Shown here one piece after another: positions 56,226 through 64,000 of a DNA stretch of 64,000 nucleotides. Made by a program: the position numbers and the translations under genes. Under the pieces are notes generated by a model that saw only the letters and a program-made list of their open reading frames with translations, did no database searches and was not told the origin of the DNA. This DNA comes from an uncultured Clostridia bacterium. GTDB lineage: Bacteria; Bacillota; Clostridia; TANB77; CAG-508. The DNA is taken from the NCBI GenBank assembly GCA_910589185.1, contig CAJUSU010000003.1:8847-72846 (forward strand), read 5' to 3'. Positions within the stretch are counted from its first letter, which is position 1. Each line of letters opens with the position of its first letter.

Positions 56226-58229
56226 TTATAAAATTGACATTTCCTTTTCTTTAACCATTTCACAAATCAATTCTGCTGATTTTTCTACACCTAGTTTATC
56301 ACTATTAATGCAAATATCATAATTGCTATAATCTTTCCATTCTTTTTCTGTATAATGTTTATAATGATTGCTTCTTAATTTATCAATTCTCTTAATTTCT
56401 TTTTCAGATTTTATCTTATCAAATCCATAAATTTCAGTTGCTCTTTTCACTTTATCTTCCATATTGCTATAAATAAAGACCTTTAATACATCTTTTCTAT
56501 CTTTTAAAATAAAGTCTGCACATCTACCAATAATAACACTTGACTCTTTATCAGCTAATTCTTTAATTAATTCTGATTCTTTTAAAAACAAATCATCACT
56601 GTTATTTAATCCTATATAATATCCATTATTAAAGTTGCTGAATTTACTCATTTTTTGTTCATTTGCTTCAATATATTCTTCAGATAGCCCTGTTTCTTGT
56701 GCCAATTTTTCTATGAAATCTTTATCATAAAATTTAATTCCTAATTTGTCAGCAATTAGTCTTCCAACATATCTTCCACCTGAACCATACTCTCTAGCTA
56801 TTGTAATAACAATATGATGATTTAATTGATTGTCTGTGCTAGTATCATCTATCAAAGCCTTGCTTTCCACTTTCTTTTCGCCTAATTTTCTTAGTTCTAA
56901 AACTAACAATATAACAGCAATAACAAACGCTAATCCATCTGCCATTGGTCCTGAGTATAGTAATCCTTTAAGTCCAAAAGCTTTCCCTAAAATAATCATA
57001 GCTGGAATTAAGAATAATACTTGTCTTGATAGTGATAAAATTGCACTTTTCACGCTTTTTCCAATCGCTTGGAAGAAAATACCTGCTGGTATTTGAATTC
57101 CATTGCAAATACATAATAACAAATAAGTTCTAAATGCAATGCATGCAAATTCCATATAATTTTCATCTCCACTACCAAAAATAGAGATTAATTGTTCTGG
57201 AATTGCTTGGAATAAAACAAATGCTATAGTACTAATTACTAAGCTACAACCTAAAACTGCTTTCAAAGTTTTCTTTACTCTATCATATTTTCCTGCACCA
57301 TAGTTATACCCAATGATTGGCTGTGAACCTGCTGCAATTCCAATAATAATACTATTTAAAATTTGGCTAATCTTCATAACAATTCCAAATACCGTAATTG
57401 GTATTTCAGAACCAAACTTAGACTCTGCACCATATTGCCCTAGTAGATTATTTTCAAACGCCATAACTACTACAATACTCATTTGAGTAATAAAACTGCT
57501 AATTCCTAATGTAGATACTCTTTTAATGCTATTAAGTTGTGGTTTAAAAGTTTCTTTCTTCACTTGAATAGATTGGAATTTTCTAATATATAAAATATTC
57601 ATTCCCAAAGTTAAAATTTGGCTAATGACTGTTGCTATCGCTGCTCCTTGTACTCCCATTTTAAATACAAAAATGAAAATTGGATCTAAAATAACATTTA
57701 AAACTGCTCCTAGTACCATTGAAGTCATTGCGTATTTAGGATTTCCATCTGCTCTAATAATAGAATTTAGAGTTGTTCCTATCATCATAAAAGGTAAACC
57801 TATGGCAATAATGTAGCCATAATTCAAGGCATATTCTCTTAAATTGTCAGTACAACCAAAGATGTTTAATAATTGTGGTAAAAAGATTAAAGTGATAGCA
57901 CATAGTATCACGGCAACAACAATAGATATTAAAATTCCATTTGCAACGCCTTTACTAGCTTCCTCTTTTTTCTTTTCGCCTAACTTCAAACTCAAATAAG
58001 CTGATGCACCATCTCCAAACATTAATGAAAATGCTAAGCAAATCATCGTTAGTGGAAACACTACATTGGTTGCACCATTTCCTAAATAGCCAACTCCCCA
58101 ACCAATAAATATTTGGTCTACAATATTATATAGTGAGTTTACTAATAAAGAAATAATGCAAGGTATTGAGAATTTCTTGATTAATTTTCCTATTTTTTCT
58201 GTTCCTAAAATATTTTCTTCTTTTTCCAT
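56226..58229 (-). CDS. MATE-family efflux transporter fused to a C-terminal cytidylate-kinase-like (Cytidylate_kin2-type) domain
   Basis: The N-terminal ~450 aa contain 12 TM segments in a MATE layout (SLLVNSLYNIVDQIFIG...). The C-terminal ~200 aa begin IVITIAREYGSGGRYVGRLIADKLGIKFYDKDF, a P-loop-like motif of the cytidylate kinase-like family. It is a single uninterrupted ORF. Confidence 0.75.
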   Translation of the reverse strand: MEKEENILGTEKIGKLIKKFSIPCIISLLVNSLYNIVDQIFIGWGVGYLGNGATNVVFPLTMICLAFSLMFGDGASAYLSLKLGEKKKEEASKGVANGILISIVVAVILCAITLIFLPQLLNIFGCTDNLREYALNYGYIIAIGLPFMMIGTTLNSIIRADGNPKYAMTSMVLGAVLNVILDPIFIFVFKMGVQGAAIATVISQILTLGMNILYIRKFQSIQVKKETFKPQLNSIKRVSTLGISSFITQMSIVVVMAFENNLLGQYGAESKFGSEIPITVFGIVMKISQILNSIIIGIAAGSQPIIGYNYGAGKYDRVKKTLKAVLGCSLVISTIAFVLFQAIPEQLISIFGSGDENYMEFACIAFRTYLLLCICNGIQIPAGIFFQAIGKSVKSAILSLSRQVLFLIPAMIILGKAFGLKGLLYSGPMADGLAFVIAVILLVLELRKLGEKKVESKALIDDTSTDNQLNHHIVITIAREYGSGGRYVGRLIADKLGIKFYDKDFIEKLAQETGLSEEYIEANEQKMSKFSNFNNGYYIGLNNSDDLFLKESELIKELADKESSVIIGRCADFILKDRKDVLKVFIYSNMEDKVKRATEIYGFDKIKSEKEIKRIDKLRSNHYKHYTEKEWKDYSNYDICINSDKLGVEKSAELICEMVKEKEMSIL

Positions 58230-58310
58230 TTGTTCCTCCTTCTTTTTCTACTATGTATAAATATCTATAAACTCTGTTTATTATAAACAATTGACTAAAT
58301 TTTAGGTCAC

Positions 58311-58343
58311 ATAAAAACACCTATTTTTACAGGTGTTTTTTTG
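58311..58343. terminator. Terminator after rpmF
   Basis: AAACACCT-N8-AGGTGTTT, flanked by A/T runs. Confidence 0.7.
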
Positions 58344-58400
58344 CTACATTACAATTAATTTATAATCTTCATCTTGCAAAATATATATGAGATCTAGCCA

Positions 58401-58583
58401 TTAGTTTTCAGATTTTGCAACTACTTCTTTTCCATCATAATATCCACAATTTGGGCATACTCTATGTTGTAATACTTTTTCGTGGCAATGTGGACAATCA
58501 ACTAAATTTTGATTTTCTAATTTCCATGTAGATCTTTTTAAATGTGTTCTTGCTTTTGACCATCTTCTTTTTGGTTGTGCCAT
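58401..58583 (-). CDS. rpmF: 50S ribosomal protein L32
   Basis: N-terminus MAQPKRRWSKARTHLKRSTWKL and zinc ribbon CPHC...CPNCG. Confidence 0.95.
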   Translation of the reverse strand: MAQPKRRWSKARTHLKRSTWKLENQNLVDCPHCHEKVLQHRVCPNCGYYDGKEVVAKSEN

Positions 58584-58656
58584 TTTAATTCCCTCCCTTG
58601 ACTGTCATTCTTTGTATCTATATTTTAATTTGTTACATAAAATTTCGTACTATAAG

Positions 58657-58685
58657 ATTATACTAGTTTTTATTTTATTTGTCAA
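58657..58685 (-). promoter_or_regulatory. Consensus promoter for rpmF
   Basis: Minus-sense TTGACA (58680-58685), a 17-nt spacer, then TATAAT (58657-58662). Confidence 0.7.
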
Positions 58686-58778
58686 CCGCTTTTTCCTATT
58701 TTCAAGATATTTTATTCTATTTTTTGAATACAATTACAGATATACACTAAAAATAAATTGTTCTTGTTCTTCCACAAC

Positions 58779-58807
58779 TTGACATTTTCCTTATTTTATG
58801 TTAAGCT
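58779..58807 (+). promoter_or_regulatory. Predicted promoter for the 66-aa gene
   Basis: TTGACA (58779-58784), a 17-nt spacer ending in TGt, then TAAGCT (58802-58807). Confidence 0.45.
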
Positions 58808-58908
58808 TAATAAGATTTCTATTGATTAAGGATACATTAAATTAAGTGTATCCAGATATAATAGGAATTGCGATCTTAGCAAACCATAAAACTTTGGAGG
58901 AAAACATT

Positions 58909-59109
58909 ATGAGCAAACAGTATCGTCAGAAACACGTTATGCAGATTCAACGAGTTTTAAGCGGCAAATGTAATTCAATTTCCATCTCCGCTTACCCAGG
59001 TGACATCAAATATCTGGAAAAGAACTACCCTGTGGAAGCATTTTTCATGGGATATATTCGTAAAATTCCCGGATTAGGTCGGTACAAAATCAAAATAAGG
59101 AAGATTTGA
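58909..59109 (+). CDS. Hypothetical basic 66-aa protein; compositionally foreign
   Basis: ATG 58909 has a GGAGG RBS 8 nt upstream; the track's GTG at 58846 has none. A hand count of 58911-58990 gives 32/80 G+C. It uses CAG, CGT and CTG codons, unlike its neighbours. Confidence 0.55.
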   Translation: MSKQYRQKHVMQIQRVLSGKCNSISISAYPGDIKYLEKNYPVEAFFMGYIRKIPGLGRYKIKIRKI

Positions 59110-59136
59110 GCGAAGATTGCAACCCGAAACACAAAG

Positions 59137-59175
59137 CAGAGCGTTCTCGAAAGAGAACGCTCTGTTTATTTCTTA
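59137..59175. terminator. Strong terminator, 12-bp stem with GAAA tetraloop, shared by convergent genes
   Basis: CAGAGCGTTCTC-GAAA-GAGAACGCTCTG followed by TTTATTTCTT. Confidence 0.8.
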
Positions 59176-59185
59176 TTATTTCTGT

Positions 59186-61810
59186 TTATCTAGGTTGTTT
59201 AATTGCTGCTTGAGCTGCTGCTAATCTTGCAATTGGAACTCTGAATGGTGAGCAAGATACATAAGTTAAACCAACATTATGGCAGAACTCAACTGTTGGT
59301 GGGTTTCCACCATGTTCTCCACAAATTCCTAAGTGAATGTCAGGTCTTGTTGCTTTACCCATATCAACAGCCATTTTTACTAATTTTCCAACACCAGTTT
59401 GGTCTAATTTGGCAAATGGATCTGATTCATAGATTTTCTTTTCATAGTAAGAACCTAAGAATTTTCCTGCATCATCACGGCTAAATCCGAATGTCATTTG
59501 TGTTAAGTCATTTGTACCAAATGAGAAGAATTCAGCTTCTTTTGCAATTTCGTCAGCTGTTAATGCTGCTCTAGGAATTTCAATCATTGTTCCTACTTCA
59601 TATTTCATTGTTACACCAGCATTTGCAATTTCTTCATCTGCTGCTTTTACAATGATATCTTTTACATATTTTAATTCTTTTACTTCACCTACTAATGGAA
59701 TCATAATTTCAGGAACAATATTCATTCCTTCTTTATTTACATTAATAGCTGCTCTAATAATTGCTCTTGTTTGCATTGCACCAATTTCTGGGTAAGTAAC
59801 ATCTAGACGACATCCTCTGTGTCCCATCATTGGGTTGAATTCGTGTAAGCTTACTACTACATCTTTTAATTCTTGGAAAGTCATTCCCATTTCTTTTGCT
59901 AACGCTGTGATTTCTTCGTCTGTATGTGGTAAGAATTCATGTAGTGGTGGATCTAATAGACGAATGGTTACTGGGTAACCTTTCATTGCTTTGAATAATC
60001 CTTCAAAGTCCCCTTGTTGCATTGGAAGAATTTTAGCTAAAGCTTTTTCTCTTTGTTCTGCAGTTTTAGAAACAATCATTTCACGAATTGCTGCAATTCT
60101 TTCTGGAGCAAAGAACATATGCTCTGTACGGCATAATCCAATACCTTGTGCGCCAAAGTTGTATGCAACTTCAGCATCTTTTGGAGTATCAGCATTTGTT
60201 CTAACTTCCATTTGACGATATTGGTCAGCCCATCCCATTAATTTTGCAAAATCTCCTGATACAGATGCTTCTACTGTATCAATTTTTTCTCCATATACAT
60301 TTCCTGTTGAACCATCTAATGAAATGTAGTCTCCTTCATGATATACATTTCCTTGTGGATCTCTGAAGTTTCCTTCTTCTTCATTAACAACTAATTCTCC
60401 ACAGCCAGCTACACAGCATGTACCCATACCACGTGCAACTACTGCTGCGTGTGATGTCATACCACCACGAACTGTTAAAATACCATGGCATACATTCATT
60501 CCATCAATATCTTCTGGAGATGTTTCAAGTCTTACTAAGATTAAGTCTTTTTCACCTTTTTCATGTAATTCAACTGCACGATCTGCTGTAAATACAACTT
60601 TACCTGTTGCAGCTCCTGGTGAAGCAGCTAGTCCTTTTGCAACTGGCTTAGCAGCTTTTAATTTAGCTTGATCAAAGTTTGGATGTAATAATTGATCTAA
60701 TTGATTTGGTTCTACTCTTAAAACAGCCTCTTTTTCATCAATCATTCCTTCATTTACTAATTCTACAGCTATTCTAAGTGCAGCATTTGCAGTTCTTTTA
60801 CCATTTCTTGTTTGTAAGAAGAATAGTTTTCCTCTTTCAATGGTAAATTCCATATCTTGCATATCTCTATAGTGATTTTCTAATAAGTTAGCATATTTTA
60901 CGAAATCAGCATATGCTGCTGCATTTGTTTGCTCTAATGTAGCAATAGGTTGTGGTGTTCTAATACCTGCAACAACGTCTTCACCTTGTGCATTCATTAA
61001 ATATTCACCAAATAAAGCTTTTTCTCCTGTTGCTGGGTTACGTGTGAATGCAACACCAGTTCCACAGTCATCTCCCATGTTTCCGAAAACCATTTCTTGA
61101 ACGTTAACGGCTGTTCCCCAACTTCCAGGGATATCATTTAATCTTCTATATGTGATAGCTCTTGGGTTATTCCATGAACGGAATACTGCCTTTACAGCTT
61201 CTTTTAATTGTTCTGTTGGATTACTTGGGAATTCACTTCCATGTTCTTTTAAGTAGATTCCTTTGAAGATTGCTACTAATTCTTTTAAATCTGCTGCTGT
61301 TAATTCTGTATCTTGTTTTACGCCTCTTTTTTCTTTCATAGCGTCGATTTCTTTTTCAAATAGTGGCTTTGGTATTTCCATAACAACGTCACTAAACATT
61401 TGAATAAATCTTCTGTAACTATCATAAGCAAATCTTTCATTTTTTTGTGCCATGCTTGCTGCAACTTCTTCATTTAAACCTAAGTTTAAAATAGTATCCA
61501 TCATACCTGGCATTGAAGCTCTTGCTCCTGAACGTACTGATACTAATAATGGGTTTTCTACATCTCCGAATTTTTTGCCTGTAATCTCTTCTAATTTTGA
61601 AAGAGCTGCAAAAATTTCATCTTCGATTTCTTTTGCAATTTTTTCTCCATCTTCATAATATCTTGTGCAAGCCTCTGTTGTTACTGTAAAACCTTGTGGA
61701 ATTGGTAAACCTAAGTTAGTCATTTCTGCAAGGTTTGCTCCTTTTCCTCCTAAAAGTTCACGCATATTTGCGTTTCCTTCTTTGAATAAGTAAACATACT
61801 TTTGACTCAT
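59186..61810 (-). CDS. ppdK: Pyruvate, phosphate dikinase
   Basis: 874 aa with N-terminal LGGKGANLAEM, phospho-His region GGMTSHAAVVARGMG and C-terminal PEP-utilising motifs GICGEHGG and SCSPFRVP. Confidence 0.96.
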   Translation of the reverse strand: MSQKYVYLFKEGNANMRELLGGKGANLAEMTNLGLPIPQGFTVTTEACTRYYEDGEKIAKEIEDEIFAALSKLEEITGKKFGDVENPLLVSVRSGARASMPGMMDTILNLGLNEEVAASMAQKNERFAYDSYRRFIQMFSDVVMEIPKPLFEKEIDAMKEKRGVKQDTELTAADLKELVAIFKGIYLKEHGSEFPSNPTEQLKEAVKAVFRSWNNPRAITYRRLNDIPGSWGTAVNVQEMVFGNMGDDCGTGVAFTRNPATGEKALFGEYLMNAQGEDVVAGIRTPQPIATLEQTNAAAYADFVKYANLLENHYRDMQDMEFTIERGKLFFLQTRNGKRTANAALRIAVELVNEGMIDEKEAVLRVEPNQLDQLLHPNFDQAKLKAAKPVAKGLAASPGAATGKVVFTADRAVELHEKGEKDLILVRLETSPEDIDGMNVCHGILTVRGGMTSHAAVVARGMGTCCVAGCGELVVNEEEGNFRDPQGNVYHEGDYISLDGSTGNVYGEKIDTVEASVSGDFAKLMGWADQYRQMEVRTNADTPKDAEVAYNFGAQGIGLCRTEHMFFAPERIAAIREMIVSKTAEQREKALAKILPMQQGDFEGLFKAMKGYPVTIRLLDPPLHEFLPHTDEEITALAKEMGMTFQELKDVVVSLHEFNPMMGHRGCRLDVTYPEIGAMQTRAIIRAAINVNKEGMNIVPEIMIPLVGEVKELKYVKDIIVKAADEEIANAGVTMKYEVGTMIEIPRAALTADEIAKEAEFFSFGTNDLTQMTFGFSRDDAGKFLGSYYEKKIYESDPFAKLDQTGVGKLVKMAVDMGKATRPDIHLGICGEHGGNPPTVEFCHNVGLTYVSCSPFRVPIARLAAAQAAIKQPR

Positions 61811-61896
61811 AAAGAACCTCCTTTAATATTGTTTATATTATTTAAAATAATATACTTTTTTCGTTGCTAGGATTAGTTTACCCTAGAACTTTCCCT

Positions 61897-61925
61897 ATTA
61901 TATCTATAAACCCCAAAAAAGTAAA
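61897..61925 (-). promoter_or_regulatory. Predicted ppdK promoter
   Basis: Minus-sense TTTACT (61920-61925), a 17-nt spacer, then TATAAT (61897-61902). Confidence 0.5.
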
Positions 61926-61939
61926 GTATTTTTCAAAAA

Positions 61940-63997
61940 CTATTTACTATGTTTTCCTCTTTTAGTATTATCTTTTACTCTTTTTTCTTTATGGCTTGTT
62001 ACTTTCTTCTTATTTGGAACCTTCTTTCTTTTTTCTCTTGGTGCTTCTAAAATCTCATCTTCGAATAATAATCTCACCTTTTGCTCCATTTTATTTGATC
62101 TATCAAAAATCAAAGTAACTTCTTTTTCAAAGTCTGGAATTCCTTGTTCTTGTACTTGTTTTTGAATCTGTTCTTTCAAATCTAGATTTAATAAGAAGTC
62201 GTCTTCCTCTTTATTCCACTGTCTTTCTTCTGATTGTTCTTTTGGTATTACTAATTCCATGTCATTTTCTTGTATTGTTACATCTCTTTCCGTTTCTTCT
62301 GCCATTTTTTCCAATTCTGGACCTTCTGTTGCTAATACGGGCTCATCTTTATAAATTCTTAATTTCACTAACAAAGGATATATTTTTGTGCCAAATGGTA
62401 TCATCAAAATATCTTCTTTTTTTAGTATTTTTCCTAAAAACAATGCTAGTACATAAATAATTCCACCACAAACGATAGAGATGATAGTGCTCATCGAATT
62501 TCCTACTACTGTATTTAGCCCCTTATTAATAAAATAAACTACTCCTCCCATCAAAACTCCTGCTGCTATTGGGCTTGCAATCATTCTGCCAAATTCAAAA
62601 TTTAATTTTAAGTTCTTATGAAGTGCAATAATGCAAATCAAAAATACAAATCCCTGCGCCACAATAGAACTAATACCAGAACCATTAATTCCAATAGAAG
62701 GATTGCTAATTAAAGTAATATTTAATCCTACTTTTATAAAGACAGAAAACACGATTGCAATTGCTGGTATATAGCTTTTATTCACTCCATATAGTCCACC
62801 ATTAATCGTTTGATTAAGCGCCACAAATATCATAGAAATAGAACATAAAATAAACACACTTGCCCCATCTGATGCTGTCGGATAAATTAAGTTTAAAATT
62901 GGTTGAGCTAAGCTAATAAATCCACAAGCACAAGGAATAATAATTAGTATAGATGCAAATAGCGAAAAGGTCATTCTTTTAGAAGCTGTTTCATAATCTC
63001 TTTTAGCAATAGATGTAGATATGACTGGTACCAAAGCAGTTGAGAACGCAATGTTTACAGCAATTGGCAAAGCTGTCAAGGTATCCACTTTTGACAAAAT
63101 TCCTGTCATACTCATAGCAAAAGCTTCTAGTTCTTCTTTCACTGGATAGATACTAGCAAATGCACTTTGAATACATCTACTAACTGTTGTGCTATCAATT
63201 AATGGACTAATAATAGAAATGACAGAACTAAATGTAATTGGAATAGACATTACTAAAATTGTTTTTAATAGTTGTCCTGTTGTCTTATGTGCTTCTGGTG
63301 AAATTTGCTTTCTCTTTACTTTAATTTTCTTTCTTTTATAATAAGCAATTAAGTAAACAAATGTCAGTACAATAGCACAAGTAGTTGATAAGTTACCACC
63401 TGCTGCCATAATATATGGTTCTTTTCCTATTAATGCATATACAAAAGTAATAGATAACACACAATTTAAAAACTGTTCTAAAATTTGAGAATAACTTGTT
63501 GGTTTCATATCATTTAGTCCTGCAAAATAGCCTCTAAAAACTGCTGATGTTGCAACAAATACAACAGCTGGTGCTAATACTTGCATTACATATTTTGTAT
63601 CTGGTACATTAAATACTACTTTTGCAATTGTTTCTGCCCCAAAGAATAAAATAACTGAAAGTATCAATCCTATAATCGTAAAGAAAGTCATAGAAACTTT
63701 AAAAATACGCTGTGCTCCTTTATTATCTCCTATTGCTACTCTTTCTGAAACCAATTTAGAAATAACATTTGGAATTCCTATAGAAGATAAAGCTAGTAAT
63801 AAAGAATAAACTTGATATCCAGCAGAATAGTAACCAAGCCCCGTATCTCCAAATCCTTCAAAATTGGTAATGACTAATTTATATATAAATCCTAATATTT
63901 TCACCATAATTTGTGAAAACATCAAAACTAGGACATTCTTCATAAAGGATGCCCCTTTTTTCTTTTTTACATTGGTATCTTTTGTTCTTCTTGCCAT
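61940..63997 (-). CDS. MOP-superfamily polysaccharide/lipid II flippase (MurJ/SpoVB-like) with a long charged C-terminal tail
   Basis: About 14 TM segments in the first ~540 aa, with an N-terminus (ILGFIYKLVITN...GLGYYSAGYQVYSLLL) typical of SpoVB/MurJ-type proteins. The last ~145 aa are hydrophilic and K/E-rich. Confidence 0.75.
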   Translation of the reverse strand: MARRTKDTNVKKKKGASFMKNVLVLMFSQIMVKILGFIYKLVITNFEGFGDTGLGYYSAGYQVYSLLLALSSIGIPNVISKLVSERVAIGDNKGAQRIFKVSMTFFTIIGLILSVILFFGAETIAKVVFNVPDTKYVMQVLAPAVVFVATSAVFRGYFAGLNDMKPTSYSQILEQFLNCVLSITFVYALIGKEPYIMAAGGNLSTTCAIVLTFVYLIAYYKRKKIKVKRKQISPEAHKTTGQLLKTILVMSIPITFSSVISIISPLIDSTTVSRCIQSAFASIYPVKEELEAFAMSMTGILSKVDTLTALPIAVNIAFSTALVPVISTSIAKRDYETASKRMTFSLFASILIIIPCACGFISLAQPILNLIYPTASDGASVFILCSISMIFVALNQTINGGLYGVNKSYIPAIAIVFSVFIKVGLNITLISNPSIGINGSGISSIVAQGFVFLICIIALHKNLKLNFEFGRMIASPIAAGVLMGGVVYFINKGLNTVVGNSMSTIISIVCGGIIYVLALFLGKILKKEDILMIPFGTKIYPLLVKLRIYKDEPVLATEGPELEKMAEETERDVTIQENDMELVIPKEQSEERQWNKEEDDFLLNLDLKEQIQKQVQEQGIPDFEKEVTLIFDRSNKMEQKVRLLFEDEILEAPREKRKKVPNKKKVTSHKEKRVKDNTKRGKHSK

Positions 63998-64000
63998 TTA

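Noticed and set aside
58846-58908. A GTG-initiated 87-aa version of the small ORF.
   Set aside because: It has no RBS, and its first 21 codons are AT-rich leader with a hairpin. ATG 58909 has a GGAGG RBS at the right spacing.
1-64000. Search for rRNA, tRNA, tmRNA, transposase/integrase genes, prophage genes or long repeats.
   Set aside because: No GC-rich cloverleaf-like segments, IS-type terminal inverted repeats or recombinase motifs were seen by eye. A tRNAscan/Infernal run would be needed to exclude small RNAs formally.

Overview
AT-rich window typical of a low-GC Gram-positive (Firmicutes-like) chromosome. About 55 of roughly 60 genes lie on the minus strand. All calls rest on reading the sequence and remembered family motifs; no database search was run.

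Main content, in coordinate order:
- FtsX/MacB-type ABC transporter (1-2175).
- Small accessory islet (about 2260-5610): a GC-rich orphan gene, a DUF2974-like hydrolase coupled to a membrane protein, and a type III (ToxIN/CptIN-like) toxin-antitoxin locus.
- Long fatty-acid synthesis operon (5673-15674): acyl-CoA ligase, short biotin ligase, fabD-fabG-fabF-accB-fabZ-accC-accD-accA-fabI.
- M23 peptidase, HigBA-like TA pair, C-N hydrolase, aldo/keto reductase, lytic transglycosylase and polA (15815-22849).
- Envelope and housekeeping genes (22885-32471), including queH, ruvB, rpiA and tyrS.
- Wall teichoic acid cluster (28181-45179), followed by a dlt-like acylation module in A-C-B-D order (45239-49672).
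- rsmB-like methyltransferase, mscL, an HD-domain gene and a NUDIX gene.
- Three hypothetical envelope genes, including a duplicated SH3b protein.
- MATE/cytidylate-kinase-like fusion, rpmF, a second GC-rich orphan gene, ppdK and a MurJ/SpoVB-like flippase.

Most notable observations:
1. A complete type III TA architecture: consensus promoter, two 49-nt tandem repeats, a terminator and a ToxN-like ORF.
2. tagO and tagG are each broken by a single extra base in the same TCCG context.
3. Two compositionally foreign small genes, each with its own promoter, RBS and tetraloop terminator.

No rRNA, tRNA, CRISPR array, transposase or integrase was recognised.
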